From Chrysomallon squamiferum (Eukaryota > Animalia > Mollusca): 64,000 nt of DNA. The notes below the pieces were generated by a model. That model did no database searches. It had not been told where the DNA came from and worked only from the letters and a program-made list of their open reading frames with translations. The stretch covers positions 5,642,001 to 5,706,000 of the forward strand of contig CM022667.1 in the NCBI GenBank assembly GCA_012295275.1. The letters are read 5' to 3'. Positions within the stretch are counted from its first letter, which is position 1, and every line of letters begins with the position of its first letter. Below, in pieces: positions 51,671 to 64,000 of this stretch. The position numbers and the translations under genes are program-made.

Positions 51671-53117
51671 TGCAACCTAAACAAAAAGGATAAGTAAATA
51701 AGTAAATAAATAAATAAACTAATAGTACTATCTGAGATTTAAGAAACTTTATAATAGTTTATAACAGACCACGATTTATTCAAATATTTGTTAGTTCACT
51801 CAGTATCATATTTGTAGAATACGTATTAGAAAATTAATATCTCTTTAGTTGTTTATCGTTTTAACATTTACTCCTGTTCAGATAGTATTAAAAAACATGA
51901 CATTAGGGATACCTAAATTTCATACCCCCATTAACCCCAAAGTATTATGATAAATTACACAAGATACAGATATTCCTTTTAAGTTTTTTTTATCTCTCTC
52001 CTTTTGTAAGACACTGTTGAGTCACAATTCATTAAAATCTAAACGGAATGAAACGCTGCTGTCACACAATTTTGTCAGTAACAAATTCTGCTTATCACAG
52101 ACTAGAAAATACATACCAGGACTTCTGAAAACTTTTCATCGAGTCTACGAGAAACAAACGCAGTGATAGGGAGAATCTATGAAAACCGGAATTTATTGAT
52201 ATTTATTTTTTCAAAATTATCGTTGGAATCAGCGCCCTAGTCGGCTGCCTAGTTTCTAAAGCAGATTTATTTCTTTACAACATAAATATAAGTCAAAGCT
52301 AAAGCAAACTGTTAAGAAATCAATACAAGAACACACTGTACATAATTTATTACGTGGAGAAGTAGTGCAGTAGGGTTACTTTGTAGTCTGTTTGTGATTT
52401 TGTAAAACATCATCCCAACTTTCCTCTGCTACAATTTCCTAATTTACAGCCAGTGTGAATGTCAGGTTTACTACGTGATCTAATTTTACCCACACATTTT
52501 GCCCATTTCTCTTATAATTCCTCACGTTTTAATTGAACTTTTTAAATTATTATAATTTTGATAGGAATTCTTACGTAAAAACAGAATTGAATTATGATAA
52601 AACTTGAATGTTTAGACAAGTAATTAATGAGCATATTCTGTTCTGTTTATTAATTACTAAGCACATTATGCTGTTGTTGTTTTTTGTTTTGTTTTCTTGA
52701 CGATAGCATATCTATATATAATTCAAATAGTGACAAACAGGTGATATTGTATTTATGTTTATAAAATACTTATTAATATTCAGATCAAGATAAGAAATCA
52801 AAAGTATTTGTGTTGTAGATTACATGTGAAATCATTCATTTCTTTCCTCTCTCACGTAGAATGAAAGATCACAGATAAGATCATGAAATAAATGTAAAAA
52901 GAAAAACTCATTCATTTATTTATTTCGTTTATTTTCGTTTCTTTCTCTTTTTATTACACTTTGTTATTTTATTATTAGTATTTCTGTTACACACTCTTGG
53001 GTCAATTATTAATAGGGTTTGTGAATCTACATAGTAATAACAAAACAAAACGCGATACATAAAGATTCTCTTCATTTGAAATTACATAATAAAGCCGTTT
53101 TACTAATATATTTCTAT

Positions 53118-53171
<54 letters not shown>

Positions 53172-53333
53172 ATCCAGGCACAGACGGAGACACGGGTACA
53201 ATTCAGATATTTGTGTAGATGTTACTTAATCCGAAAATATCCTCAATTGTCAGACATTAGTTCAGTGTCATTCACATCACTGTTCTTTATATAAACTAAT
53301 ATGAAATACAAAACTCAAACAAAACATCTGAAT

Positions 53334-53443
53334 TCAACCTGTGACTTGTGAGTTTTCATAGACAGTGAGTACAGAATATGGTGAGTCTTTTCTAGCTTCC
53401 AGTGATGAGTAATTGTCTGTAGTATCCGTGTTTCTGTCAGTAT
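53334..53443 (-). CDS. Gene D last exon with ITAM (YSSL-x7-YSVL) and YEN motif
   Basis: tttcag acceptor, phase 1. Matches YxxL-x(6-8)-YxxL. The motif is preserved in four copies in the window. Confidence 0.85.
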
Positions 53444-55648
53444 CTGAAACATATTCTTGATTATACAGTTACACAGAATATAATTATACTAGTAGTTGTA
53501 ACAGTATAAAGAAGTAAAACAGTAAGTAACACAGTTTCTTCTCGCTGTACTAGAGATCACTAATAATATTTAAAATAATAACATGTGTTGTGTTATTTTA
53601 TTTTGTTTGTTTGTTTGTTGTTGCTTTTTTAATTCTCACAAATTACATTTCATGAGCAAATTAAAAGCAATAAATGTTAATATAAAACATAAACAATGTA
53701 TACTTCTACTGATCATTTTCCTTTAGTTCAAAAATATCAGCTAAATCATAAAAACAAATGAAGTGTAAACATTTATGTTTATTATTTTTTTTAATTTTAT
53801 TTTTTTTGTAGATTTACCGCTTTATTCTTTACAACAATTACTGATCAAATCCTTTATATGTTAGTCATATAATATTACAACAATAAAATAAGACTTTGTA
53901 CTTTAGGTATGTCTCAGTTATTCTGAAAACAAAGAAAGCAGACACACAGCATGTCTCTGATTTAACAAGCAGCATCACAGAAACTCTTGAATCTTTTACA
54001 CTTTGTATTTACATACTGACCTTGATTTTGTTGAAGATCGTCATACAGAGATGATTCCTGTACTCCAGTGTTAATCTGTCTGAAACAAACAAAACACTGA
54101 GAACTCGAGAATTATTGAATTTTGGTTTATTTAATATATTTCACATCTGTGTGTGTGTACGTGCATGAATACCTATGTGTGTATAGTTTTTCGTCCGTAA
54201 TAATTTCTTTTCTTTTCCAAATACCCTTTTGACTAATTAGCATAATATCTATTTTTCAGTTAAAACGAAAACGACTTACACATTGTGTTTCTATTTCTTC
54301 CTTAAATTTTCATAGCTTACCTTGATGTGTACGTGTTCTCACTTTTAGACTTTTCTAAAATAAAAAATAAATATTCAGAATATTAGAAATGCGAAATAAA
54401 TCTTATTCATATATGTTTATATATGTTACTTCTTTATTTTGATAAAGAAAATTTATAATATTAAAAATGTTGACAGCTCAAAGCAAAGAACATTATTCAT
54501 TATTGGTTATACAAATTTTTTCAGTGTACTTGTAAAGTTTACCTTTTCTCTTCCAGCAGAAAAAGAAAACGATTGCCCCAATGAAAAGTTCTATTCCCAG
54601 TACTATTCCAATTCCAATACCAATTCCTGTTCCTAGTAAACTATTTTTTTCTTGCGAAAATTCTGAATATTAAATAAATGAAAAAATATATTAGACATGT
54701 ACAGTATTAGCTGAGATTTACTATGATAAGATGCAGATTACTTTTTATGTAAACAATTACAAACACACCAGTATAGTTGTAAATTAATCACTTTTCAGAT
54801 GAAGGTTCATTGTTGCACGAATCAGTTCAAAAACATGAATTCAGGTTGTTTTTTTATTACCATAGATGAAAAGATGCTGTTCATTCGTTAAGGTTTTGAA
54901 TCCAAATTCATTAAAAGCCAAAACTCGAATCAGATATCTGGTGTTTGGTTGTAAACTAGAAATCTCTGCTGTGTGATTTGTGTGAAGTCCTTTTTCACCA
55001 AACAGTTCAGTGAGATTTGTCCACTCAGATGTTGTGTCTGCTCGATACTGTACAAGAAATGTTTGTTGTGATCCTCCATTAAATTCTTCTGTCCAAGAAA
55101 CTGACACTGAATGTGGACCAGTGATCCAAGTTCTCACATCAGAGGGAACAGTTGGAGGACCTTTGAGCTTAAATATGTTGACTGCATTTATAATTTTGCT
55201 TTGATAAATCTTTTCTGAAAATGTCCCATCTTGTGGCAAAGAGAATGAGGAAATGTTATCAAGGGTTTGAAAAAGAGATGCAAATGCTAAGCAATTAATA
55301 AATATTATCAGGCAGCTGAAAGTTACTGACTAGCTGACAGCAAAAACAAAATGATAATAAAATAAGACAATTAAAACAAAACTATTATTTAGATTTTTTT
55401 CACTCAAGGCAGATAGCTAAACATTAAAAAGTGTAACACCAAAGAGTAAAATTAAGCTTGAAGCTGAAAAGTAAGAATCTGTTAATCGATTAAAACATGC
55501 AGCTGTTTAGTAGGTACTTCCGAAAACTATATAATAAAAATATATATTTAGTACGTATAAACAAAATAATATATATAAAGTAAATAAATATTTTTCCTCT
55601 GACTATTAATATTGAACTTGATCAAAAGGAATTCATTTCTTGTTTTAA

Positions 55649-55682
<34 letters not shown>

Positions 55683-58600
55683 TACAAGTTTGATGTTTTT
55701 ACCTTCTGCAGTAACACTTAGTTTTACAAAAAGATCTGTTCTTTTTTCCCTGTTTGACACAACCACCAGATACATTCCAAAATCTTCTTGTTTGACATTT
55801 GTCAGTTTATATTCACCAACAGCAGACACATTTGTAGTGAGTACAGGTTGTGTAGGTCTAAGACTTTTATTGTTTACATCTGTGAGTTTATACCAGGTAA
55901 ATGTTGGAAATGGATTGGCAATCACAGAAATGTGTAGAGTTACATTTCCACCTTCTTCAGCAACAAATTTGTTCTGAAATGTAACTCGATGATCCAGTCT
56001 TGGTGAACCTGAAAAAGTCAAATTAGTGATTACTGTTATCAGTAAGGACCATATTAAAACAAATATTTACTTATACAAATTTAACTCTATTATAACACTA
56101 ATTTAACATGATATAAAATAGCAACACATAAAAATGACATTTTTTTTAATGTACTTATTGATTTTTGACTTCTGTTAAACCACAATAAAGATGATTTCAA
56201 AATAACAAAGTATTTTCATTTTAATCTTTTATTAATTACACTGGAGCTGATTTAAATTACAAAAATAAAATGTGGAGGCTACTTTCTTATTATTTCTTTA
56301 TGAATAATAACAAAAAAGACTACTAAAGCAAAAACACATAATTTGTTTTTCATTTTTGATTTCTTTTGAATGTTGTAGCTAAAATGACTGCAAGTTCAAA
56401 ATTAAGGTGAATTACAAAAGGCTGAGAATATCAACTTTTAAAATATATATATACACACACACGCACATAAATACACAGTCAAACACATTTTGAAGATGCC
56501 ATGTTTATTCAATTTTATTCTTGGGATACTGAGAAAGAAGTGAGCTGTTACCCATTCTTAATGAATAAATCCAGACTTTAGTGTATGACATTTCCAAAAC
56601 TAATGATCAAATGCAAGAAATAATGTAGCATTTCACATCAGATTTCAATAAGGTAAAACTTGATGTGACATAGAATGACCCATATTTTAAGTGATATCTT
56701 TCAATATTATTAAACTAGTACAAATAATGTTACAGCATTACATACATGTAACATTAAGCTGCACACTTTGACTGACATCAGACTTGATGTTGTTTCCTGC
56801 TTCACAAGTGTAAAATCCTGTATCCAGACATCCAGCTTCATTCCAGCTGTACTCCACTGACTTGGAGTTTTTCACTTCTCGTAGAATGTGTGAGTTGTTT
56901 AACAGTTTGATGTGAGATGCTGGATTACTGTCAACGTCACATCTCAGAGACAAAGGAGTCAGTTCATCAACTGTTATCTTTGTAGACTTAGAGTTTAAAG
57001 TGAAAGAAGTTATTGAAGTCTGATCTGTAACAAGTAAAAACACTGCAAAGTATTTTGTTAAATACATTTCAACATTAAGTAACGAATATTTTGGCAGATC
57101 CAGTAGTTTTAATCATTCATACTGGGTTGTTAACAAATCATTAAATGTTTTTATATGTAACATGATATGTTTAAAAACAATTTTAAAGTTCTCTTGAAAG
57201 TATATGTATTTATTTTAAAATGCAGAAAACAGTTTTACTTTTCACAGATTGTATTTCTGTATTAAGAACCAAATCAATGCTTTGAAGGAGACTCTGAATT
57301 CAGGTGGCATTCTTGTTGTTTTAACTCTAAAAACCAGTGTTGAATTTTAGCAGATACAGAAGTATGTGGATGTCAGACAGTGAAGCAAATTTGAAAGAAA
57401 AGAATCAACTAATTGAAATGAATCATGTTTATAAAAAAATTGAAGTCCTTGAAGGAAAAGGATATGCAGTTAATGAATTGATGAAGAATGTTCTAGAGAC
57501 AATGTAGTTAGAAACGGAGTCTACAAGATAACAACTGAAATTCTCCTGTGTAATATCAGACTGAAATAGAAAAATAAATAAATATCATTTGAACACAACC
57601 TGAAAATAATTATGTATGTATGTATGTATGTATGTATGTATGCATAATTGGCTGTTTATACAGGCTGAAATAAAGCATAAGTCACTTTTAAATTATTTAC
57701 ATTTAACAGTGATTAACATATAGTAAATTTAATTCATCGACTGTTATCTTTGCAGACTGAGTCTAAAGTCAAAGATATTAATAAACCATGATCTGTAACA
57801 AATAAACCATTACTGAAAATAAAAATTATGTTTGATAGAAAATTCAGGTGAAACTCTTTTTAAAAGTGTCCAACAGGTGAACTGATTTATTTTGATGAAG
57901 AATTACAGAGCTAAAAGGATGATGTCTGAATTTAAAAATTGTTATAAGTTCCTCTTTGGTATGTTTCTGTCTTCGTCTTTTTTTTTTTCTTTTTTTTTCT
58001 TTTTTTTTTTTATCTTTGTAATATAACCAGCCTATATTTATTTATTCAATCACTTATTTATTTATTACATTTTCTATGTTTTCAAGTCGGTAAACTCAAC
58101 ATTATTAGAAATGTATATCTCAGATAATATAAAAAGTTTAAAATAAGTAAAACTATTATAAATGTGTTCACATTATATTTCTGAATGTATTTGATTTTGA
58201 TGAATCGTTCAGAATTGAATCTTTTGTCACCATTTTCCTGTCTTTATGTTTCCTTTTATCCAAATTTTTTCTTTCGGTTTTTTTCTTTTTAACTTGTATA
58301 TATACAAGTTAAAAAGAAGAAAACGAAAGAAAAAACCTGGATCTACATATATATTCTTTTTCTTTTAATAAGCTTTCCTGCTTTCGTTTTTAATGTGTAT
58401 AAAATACAGTACTTTTATTCAAGAACATCATTCATACCTTTATTTATTTCTTTGTTAAACTAATATTAAAGTGCAAATATAAATCCTGTTTGAAAATCAA
58501 ATTCTCTAAGTTTACTTACACTGAACATCCAATATAACAGTTTTGTTTTTTGACTTGTTTGTGTTTACATTGGTGACAATACACACACAAACTCCAGCCT

Positions 58601-61600
58601 CTGTTCTGTGTATTTGTGTAAAAGAAAGTACAGCATCATTTATTTCCTTTGTCTGACACTTCCACTTGTAAGAGCAGACTTCATCACAGTCTGCCTCACA
58701 CAAAACAGCCACGTTTTTACCTTCTACTACCTGTACTGGTGAACTTCTGTTCAGTTTAATATTTTCTGGACCAACTGAAAATACAGATAAATTAATTAAT
58801 AATGATTGCTCTCAGTACTAAAATACTATACATTAATATATGTGTGTGTGTGTTCCCAAAGAAGAGAGAAATGTTTTATTTAAGGATGATGATGACAAAG
58901 AAAAGAAAACAACATACTTTGAATTGATTCATTTGTGTGTTATTTTATTTGTATTTTTATTTTTTACCAATTTTAAGTAACAAAGTAAAATGCATAAAAA
59001 GGATTCAGCTACCAAGGATCTAGTACTGTTATTATTTGTAGCAGAGGAATACTCTATTAGAAAGTGGACACATTTTGTTGTTCATTGAAAAATATTTTGT
59101 TTCAAAGTACGTGCATTTCTAAACAAAGAAGTATGTTATTATCCATTTCTCTAATAATCCTGTTTTAATACAAATTAAACAAAAATCAGATTATTGCTGC
59201 TTCTGCAAACAACCTTGAACTTTTTGTTTTGCTTTGTAAATATCAAGCAAATTCAAAGAAACATCTACAACTGTCAGTATGTAATCTTAATTAAATTCAG
59301 TTTGTGACGCAAGAAAACTGAAATATGCGAATATTTTTAACAATATTATTTTTTGTTTTATTTTGAATGCAGCTATTACTGGTCGGTCATCTATCAACAA
59401 CAACAACAACAACAATAATAATATAAAATAATTTGAAAACATACAAAAAATTAATTTAGATCAGTTATAAATAAATACATTTCTAAGATTTTTTTAAATA
59501 AAACTCACAGTGTACTTTCAGAGTGAAACTTTTAGTGAGAGATTTGGCTGAGACTCTGTTAGTCACAGTACATGTGTACTTCTGTCCTGCCTGGTTTCTT
59601 CTCACATTTGTAACACTGAGCTCAGACCCTGACTCAGTCTGTTGATTGTTAAGAGACCAGGAAAACAAACATGGCGGCTTGCAGACAGCAACACAGTTTA
59701 CATTCAAATCATTTCCTTCTTCAACATTTCCTGCAGAAGCCAGCTCTACACTGTCTGGCCCACCTAAGAATAAAATTAAAATAATAATAATAATAAAAAA
59801 GAATTCTGCTACTGCTACTAATAATAATAATGATAAAATTAAGCATGTGATCTTTTAATTTGCTAAATATAACTTCCATTAATGACCATGTGTTAAGGTG
59901 TAAAATAAAAAAACATTAAAAAAACAATTTCCGCTTTTATAACAAAGAAATGTTTTCTAGAACTATGCTAATTTTTAATTTCAATGATGGTTTAACCTGA
60001 GACAAAAGTTGCGTTAGAAATGCGAGGTAGGACAAAGACCCCAGTTAGAAAACAATATAGGACAAAAGACACTCCATACTGTTTCTCATCTGAACTTTTG
60101 AATTGTTTCCATTCTGTTAAATCTGTCAAGATTTTATCATTAATATTTTCAATTTCCTTTTTTGGGAGTGACAATCTATATATTATTTATTTGCTTTCGG
60201 AAATTACAGTCTGTTTTCAAACATACATTATTTCATTATGCTTTGATATAACATGTCATTTGAAACTGTATCCTTAATCCTAATTATGATTATTACTAAT
60301 TAATTATGTTGGTTAAACATATTAAATTGATAATCATGCCATTATTATTCTGATTTCGATAAAGAGATGTAGTATGTATAATTTAAGCAGTTTGTAGCAG
60401 AGCTGTTTTTATCTTTGGGTGGGCAGTTTGTCAAACATTGTTTTCATGCTGTTTTTCTCTGGGGGCTTTTGTTCTACAAAAATCCACTGGGGAAGCTTAT
60501 GTCCTACAAACTATTTAATCTTATCTATACACATCTCCTTTGAATTACACAATCACAGACAAACAAGATTTTCAGAATGGCAGATTTTTTTAGCTGGAGC
60601 CACAGGTTTGTAGTCAAGAAAAGAAAAATAAACTATTTCACTGAAAACTAGCACTATTTGTAAATAAGAGATTATTAGGAAGTAGATCTAATCTTCTGAA
60701 ATGCACCGTTAATTTTCTCATTATTTAATGTATTTCAACCTAGTAGTTAATAATACAAATTAAACTTAACACTAGCATAAACTAAACTATTAATAAACCT
60801 AAACTCTGATTATTCACCTGTGTTTGTTTGGTGATCAGCTGTTTTACTCCTGTACAGGTATTAATTATATTGTACACCTAACTATTTTTTGATTCTTTAA
60901 TAAAATAGCAAAATAAATATCAAGTGTTTATCAGCTGATACAATTTTCTTTTTTTCTTATCTTTGATCTTCTTGCAGTATTTGAAATTTATCAAAGTGCA
61001 ATTAATACGATAGCTAAAAAATTAAAACAATAATTAAGTAATTAATAAATAATAATAATAATAATAATAATAATAGTAATAATAATAAATAACATTAAAA
61101 TAATTATAAATAAAAAATGTCTTTCTTCCTTGTCCGTTTGATTGAAACTGTACAAAGAAATGTTCATTGTTCAAAAATATGTACAATATAAATAACCAGT
61201 TATATGTACATTAACACTGCAGAAAGAAATAATGTTGACATTACACAGATGTATGTACATCAACATTGTATAAAGATATTTTCATTATAAAGTAAGCAAT
61301 GTATTGGTCATTTCTCTTCAAAGCAAACAAAAAAATAACACATCAAAACAGTACATGACAGTCTATGATTTTCAATTTTAATAAGGATAATAAAAATAAA
61401 CATAATAAAGAAATCTTAAAACAAATTACATTAATAAAAAGTGTGATTCTTTCAGTATATTACAATTAAACTAAATTTGTGCTGCCAGTCAGATACACTA
61501 AATTTAATTGTTATATTTATCATTCACTGTTTCAGGGAATATAGTTAAAGTTTAAATTTGTTTATGAACAGATTTTATTTACTTACTATAATTAACATCT

Positions 61601-61992
61601 TTGTTATAAAAATATAATTATTTACTTACTGCTCATTTCTAATCTCAGTGTGTTACTGGACATTCTATCAGTATTCAGTTTACAAAACCAGTCTGCGACA
61701 TCCTGATCTGAAACTTTGTTAATTGTCAGAGAATAATTCTTAGTGGTTGATAGTCTGCTGTTTGTCCCATCTCCACACTCTACAGAATAACTCTGACTGT
61801 CAGCTGGAGGATTAAATACAGAACACTGATCTAATTTCTGTTTGAGTGAAGCAAAACTCCCACTGCCACCATCTTTATAAAATAGTATTAAGTCATCAAG
61901 ATTCTCAGCACCTGACACTGTACAAGTCAAAGTAAACTGTTTGTCTTTGACTAAATGAGATGAAGATCCAGACAAAGTCAGTGAAACACAAT
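53334..61992 (-). CDS. Gene D: type I IgSF receptor V-C2-C2-Ig-Ig-FN3-TM with ITAM tail, predicted activating; leader presumably beyond the right edge
   Basis: V 61992-61630; Ig exons 59763-59509, 58774-58520, 57024-56746 and 56008-55703; FN3 55160-54861; TM 54662-54543 (LLGTGIGIGIGIVLGIELFIGAIVFFFCWKRK); tail 54354-54321 (ENTYTSR), 54079-54021 (SSLYDDLQQ) and 53443-53334 (DNYSSLEARKDSPYSVLTVYENSQVTG*). All GT/AG, frame open. Confidence 0.88.
58265..58335. repeat. ~70-bp near-perfect palindrome in an intron of gene D
   Basis: ctttttaacttgtata|tatacaagttaaaaag core with extended imperfect arms. Confidence 0.85.
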
Positions 61993-64000
61993 CTGTAAAA
62001 TAAAAGATAAATTTGTTTCTTTTCAGTATATTTTTGTTCCTTTGTTTGTCAGTTTTTTTTTTACTTAATTTTTATTTAATTTTTAATTCTAAGGATTCTT
62101 ATTAACATTTTACTGCCTTTCATTTTTGTTTCACTAAATACATATTTTCTTTCATGATAATATTATTTTATTTGTAAGTGAAAATGTCATTGTTAAATAG
62201 CACATTCTGGTTGCTCTTAATAATTTTCCTTGAACATACAAAGATAAAAATTGATAAGAGATTTAGAATTTGTATTTTTCTAATATAAAGTCATTTTCTA
62301 AATAACATTTCTTTTTTTTTTATCAGAATGAAAAGACGTGTATGAAACTTAAGACTTTATTTTTAATGTTGCATTTCACTGAACCAAATCAGAGACACAG
62401 ATTACAAGTACAAAGTGAAATGATCAGAAACTAGAAAACTTAAGTTGATGTTACTGACTAATGTAAATGAATTTTAAAAGCAGATCTTTACAATTTATGT
62501 TTTAATGGGCACTGGTATTTAGTGGGAATAACCCAGTGGGGGTTGTCCCCCTTCATACAAATTATTTCCTTAAACAAAATCCTGTTGAAAAAAACAACAG
62601 CAAAAAAAAAAAAGTAAACAAATAAAATCAAACAAAATAAAATAATGTTAACAATAATAATAATAATAAAGTAACCCTGGTTCGATATCTAAAATAACCA
62701 GATTTCTAGAATCACAGCTGTCACATTTGGAAGACAGATTTCAGTGAGATTTGCCAGAGTTCAGTTTGTGCACATTTTTGTTTTATTTTGTTTCTTCCTC
62801 TTCACCTTTTGCAGTTTGCTTTAAATATTTTTTTAAGAACTTTAATAGCAGTAACATTGAAAATTTTGGTGAAAGGGGTTTCAGATTTGTATTTCCTTCT
62901 GTGTTAAATTATTAATTACATTTTTTTATTAAAACAATCATTTTTCTATGAATTTAAAACATAATTAGTTTTATCAAATGGAACACATATACTTTTGAAA
63001 ACAAAAAAAACCCTATTAACATATCACACTCTAAATTTAGATTTTTGTAAACAAGTCTGAGACAATTATTTTTAATTTTATGTAAAAGATAAACTGAACA
63101 TAACAGGATACAGTGACACTGAAACTCATATGTAACTAATTTCTACAGTGTCCTCTCATTTGTCACACATCTGATAACAACACATCTCATGGCTGAGTGA
63201 ACTGCTGACTGTATTGTCTCTACCTAGTACGGAATAATGGACTCATCTTCCTGTAGGTTATAGAGTCAGCTTAGGGAATAATTAAACAAACCCCTACTAA
63301 CAACTGAACACAAACACTGAACAGATATTATGTTAACATCCATAACATTACACATTCAGACACAACACAAAGCTAATATGAATGATACATGGAGCTCTAG
63401 GGCATATATTAGAGTGTTAGAGTACATATCAGTTTATACATGTGTGCAGCGAAGTTAAATTATAGTGGTTTGATTACTTAGTCACTAAGCTGTCTAGGGG
63501 AGACAATCCTTTCTAATGCCTGTGAATATATTTATCCCTAGACTATACACATTGATAATCAAACAACAATTAAACTTTTATCTAAACTGTGCAATATCTT
63601 TAAAACCTTCTCTTTTAAATAATATTTTTAGACAATTAAGATGAAATAATAAGTAAAATATGTTTTGGTATTAATTATTAATTCTAATAGAATATCAAAA
63701 ATGGCTTATATTTTTGTAAAGATTTTATCAGTAAAAATAAATAAATTATCAATGATGATAGACATAAAATTAAATATTTATTTGTTTTTCATGTTATTTT
63801 AGTCTTAAAAATAATAATAATAATAATAATAATCAAATCAAAAATTAAAATGTAAAAAAGTGTATCAAATCTTTTATAAATATCAGAAGTTTGTACTAAT
63901 AAATAATTCTTTTCTGCAATTTGTGAATATTTTAAAAATTACTACATAACAATTAATTATTTAATAACAGATAAAATGTTTTTAGCTAAATTATTTTCAC

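Noticed and set aside
53700-53930. Acceptor-like sites between the YDDL and ITAM exons in C and D giving short ITAM-less ends
   Set aside because: Their sharing is explained by the recent C/D duplication, and the orphan copy at 7119-7824 lacks them.
54021-54079. Reading C/D tails as inhibitory because SLYDDL and SPYSVL fit the loose SxYxxL ITIM pattern
   Set aside because: The conserved 7-residue YxxL spacing, YEN motif and acidic TM fit an ITAM better. A dual role cannot be excluded.

Overview
AT-rich, intron-containing animal genomic DNA, dense in microsatellites. It looks invertebrate (mollusc-like by feel), but the taxon cannot be determined from sequence alone. I rebuilt gene models by reading GT/AG splice sites and exon phases by hand. 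Nearly the whole window is a cluster of immunoglobulin-superfamily (IgSF) surface-receptor genes. Gene A (minus strand, runs off the left edge): leader, V-like and C2-like exons. Gene E (minus, 13071-20236): leader, one V-like Ig domain, three transmembrane exons and a short tail, an architecture analogous to CD47. Gene B (plus, 24359-32380, head-to-head with E): leader-V-C2-C2-Ig-Ig-FN3-TM, with a tail carrying YxN, ITIM (LVYTEV) and ITSM (TVYIQI). Gene C (minus, 36716-47868, disabled) and gene D (minus, 53334 to beyond the right edge): same ectodomain plan, but a Gly-rich, Glu-containing TM and a tail ending in an ITAM (YSSL-x7-YSVL) plus YEN. Orphan ITAM, FN3 and leader exons lie between the genes. 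The locus reads as a paired activating/inhibitory receptor complex. It shows divergent V heads, a homogenised membrane-proximal stalk, tandem arrays of in-frame 24-nt micro-exon/splice-site units before the A/B-type V exons, and a candidate co-regulated multi-pass ligand. All gene models and functions are predictions without transcript or database support.
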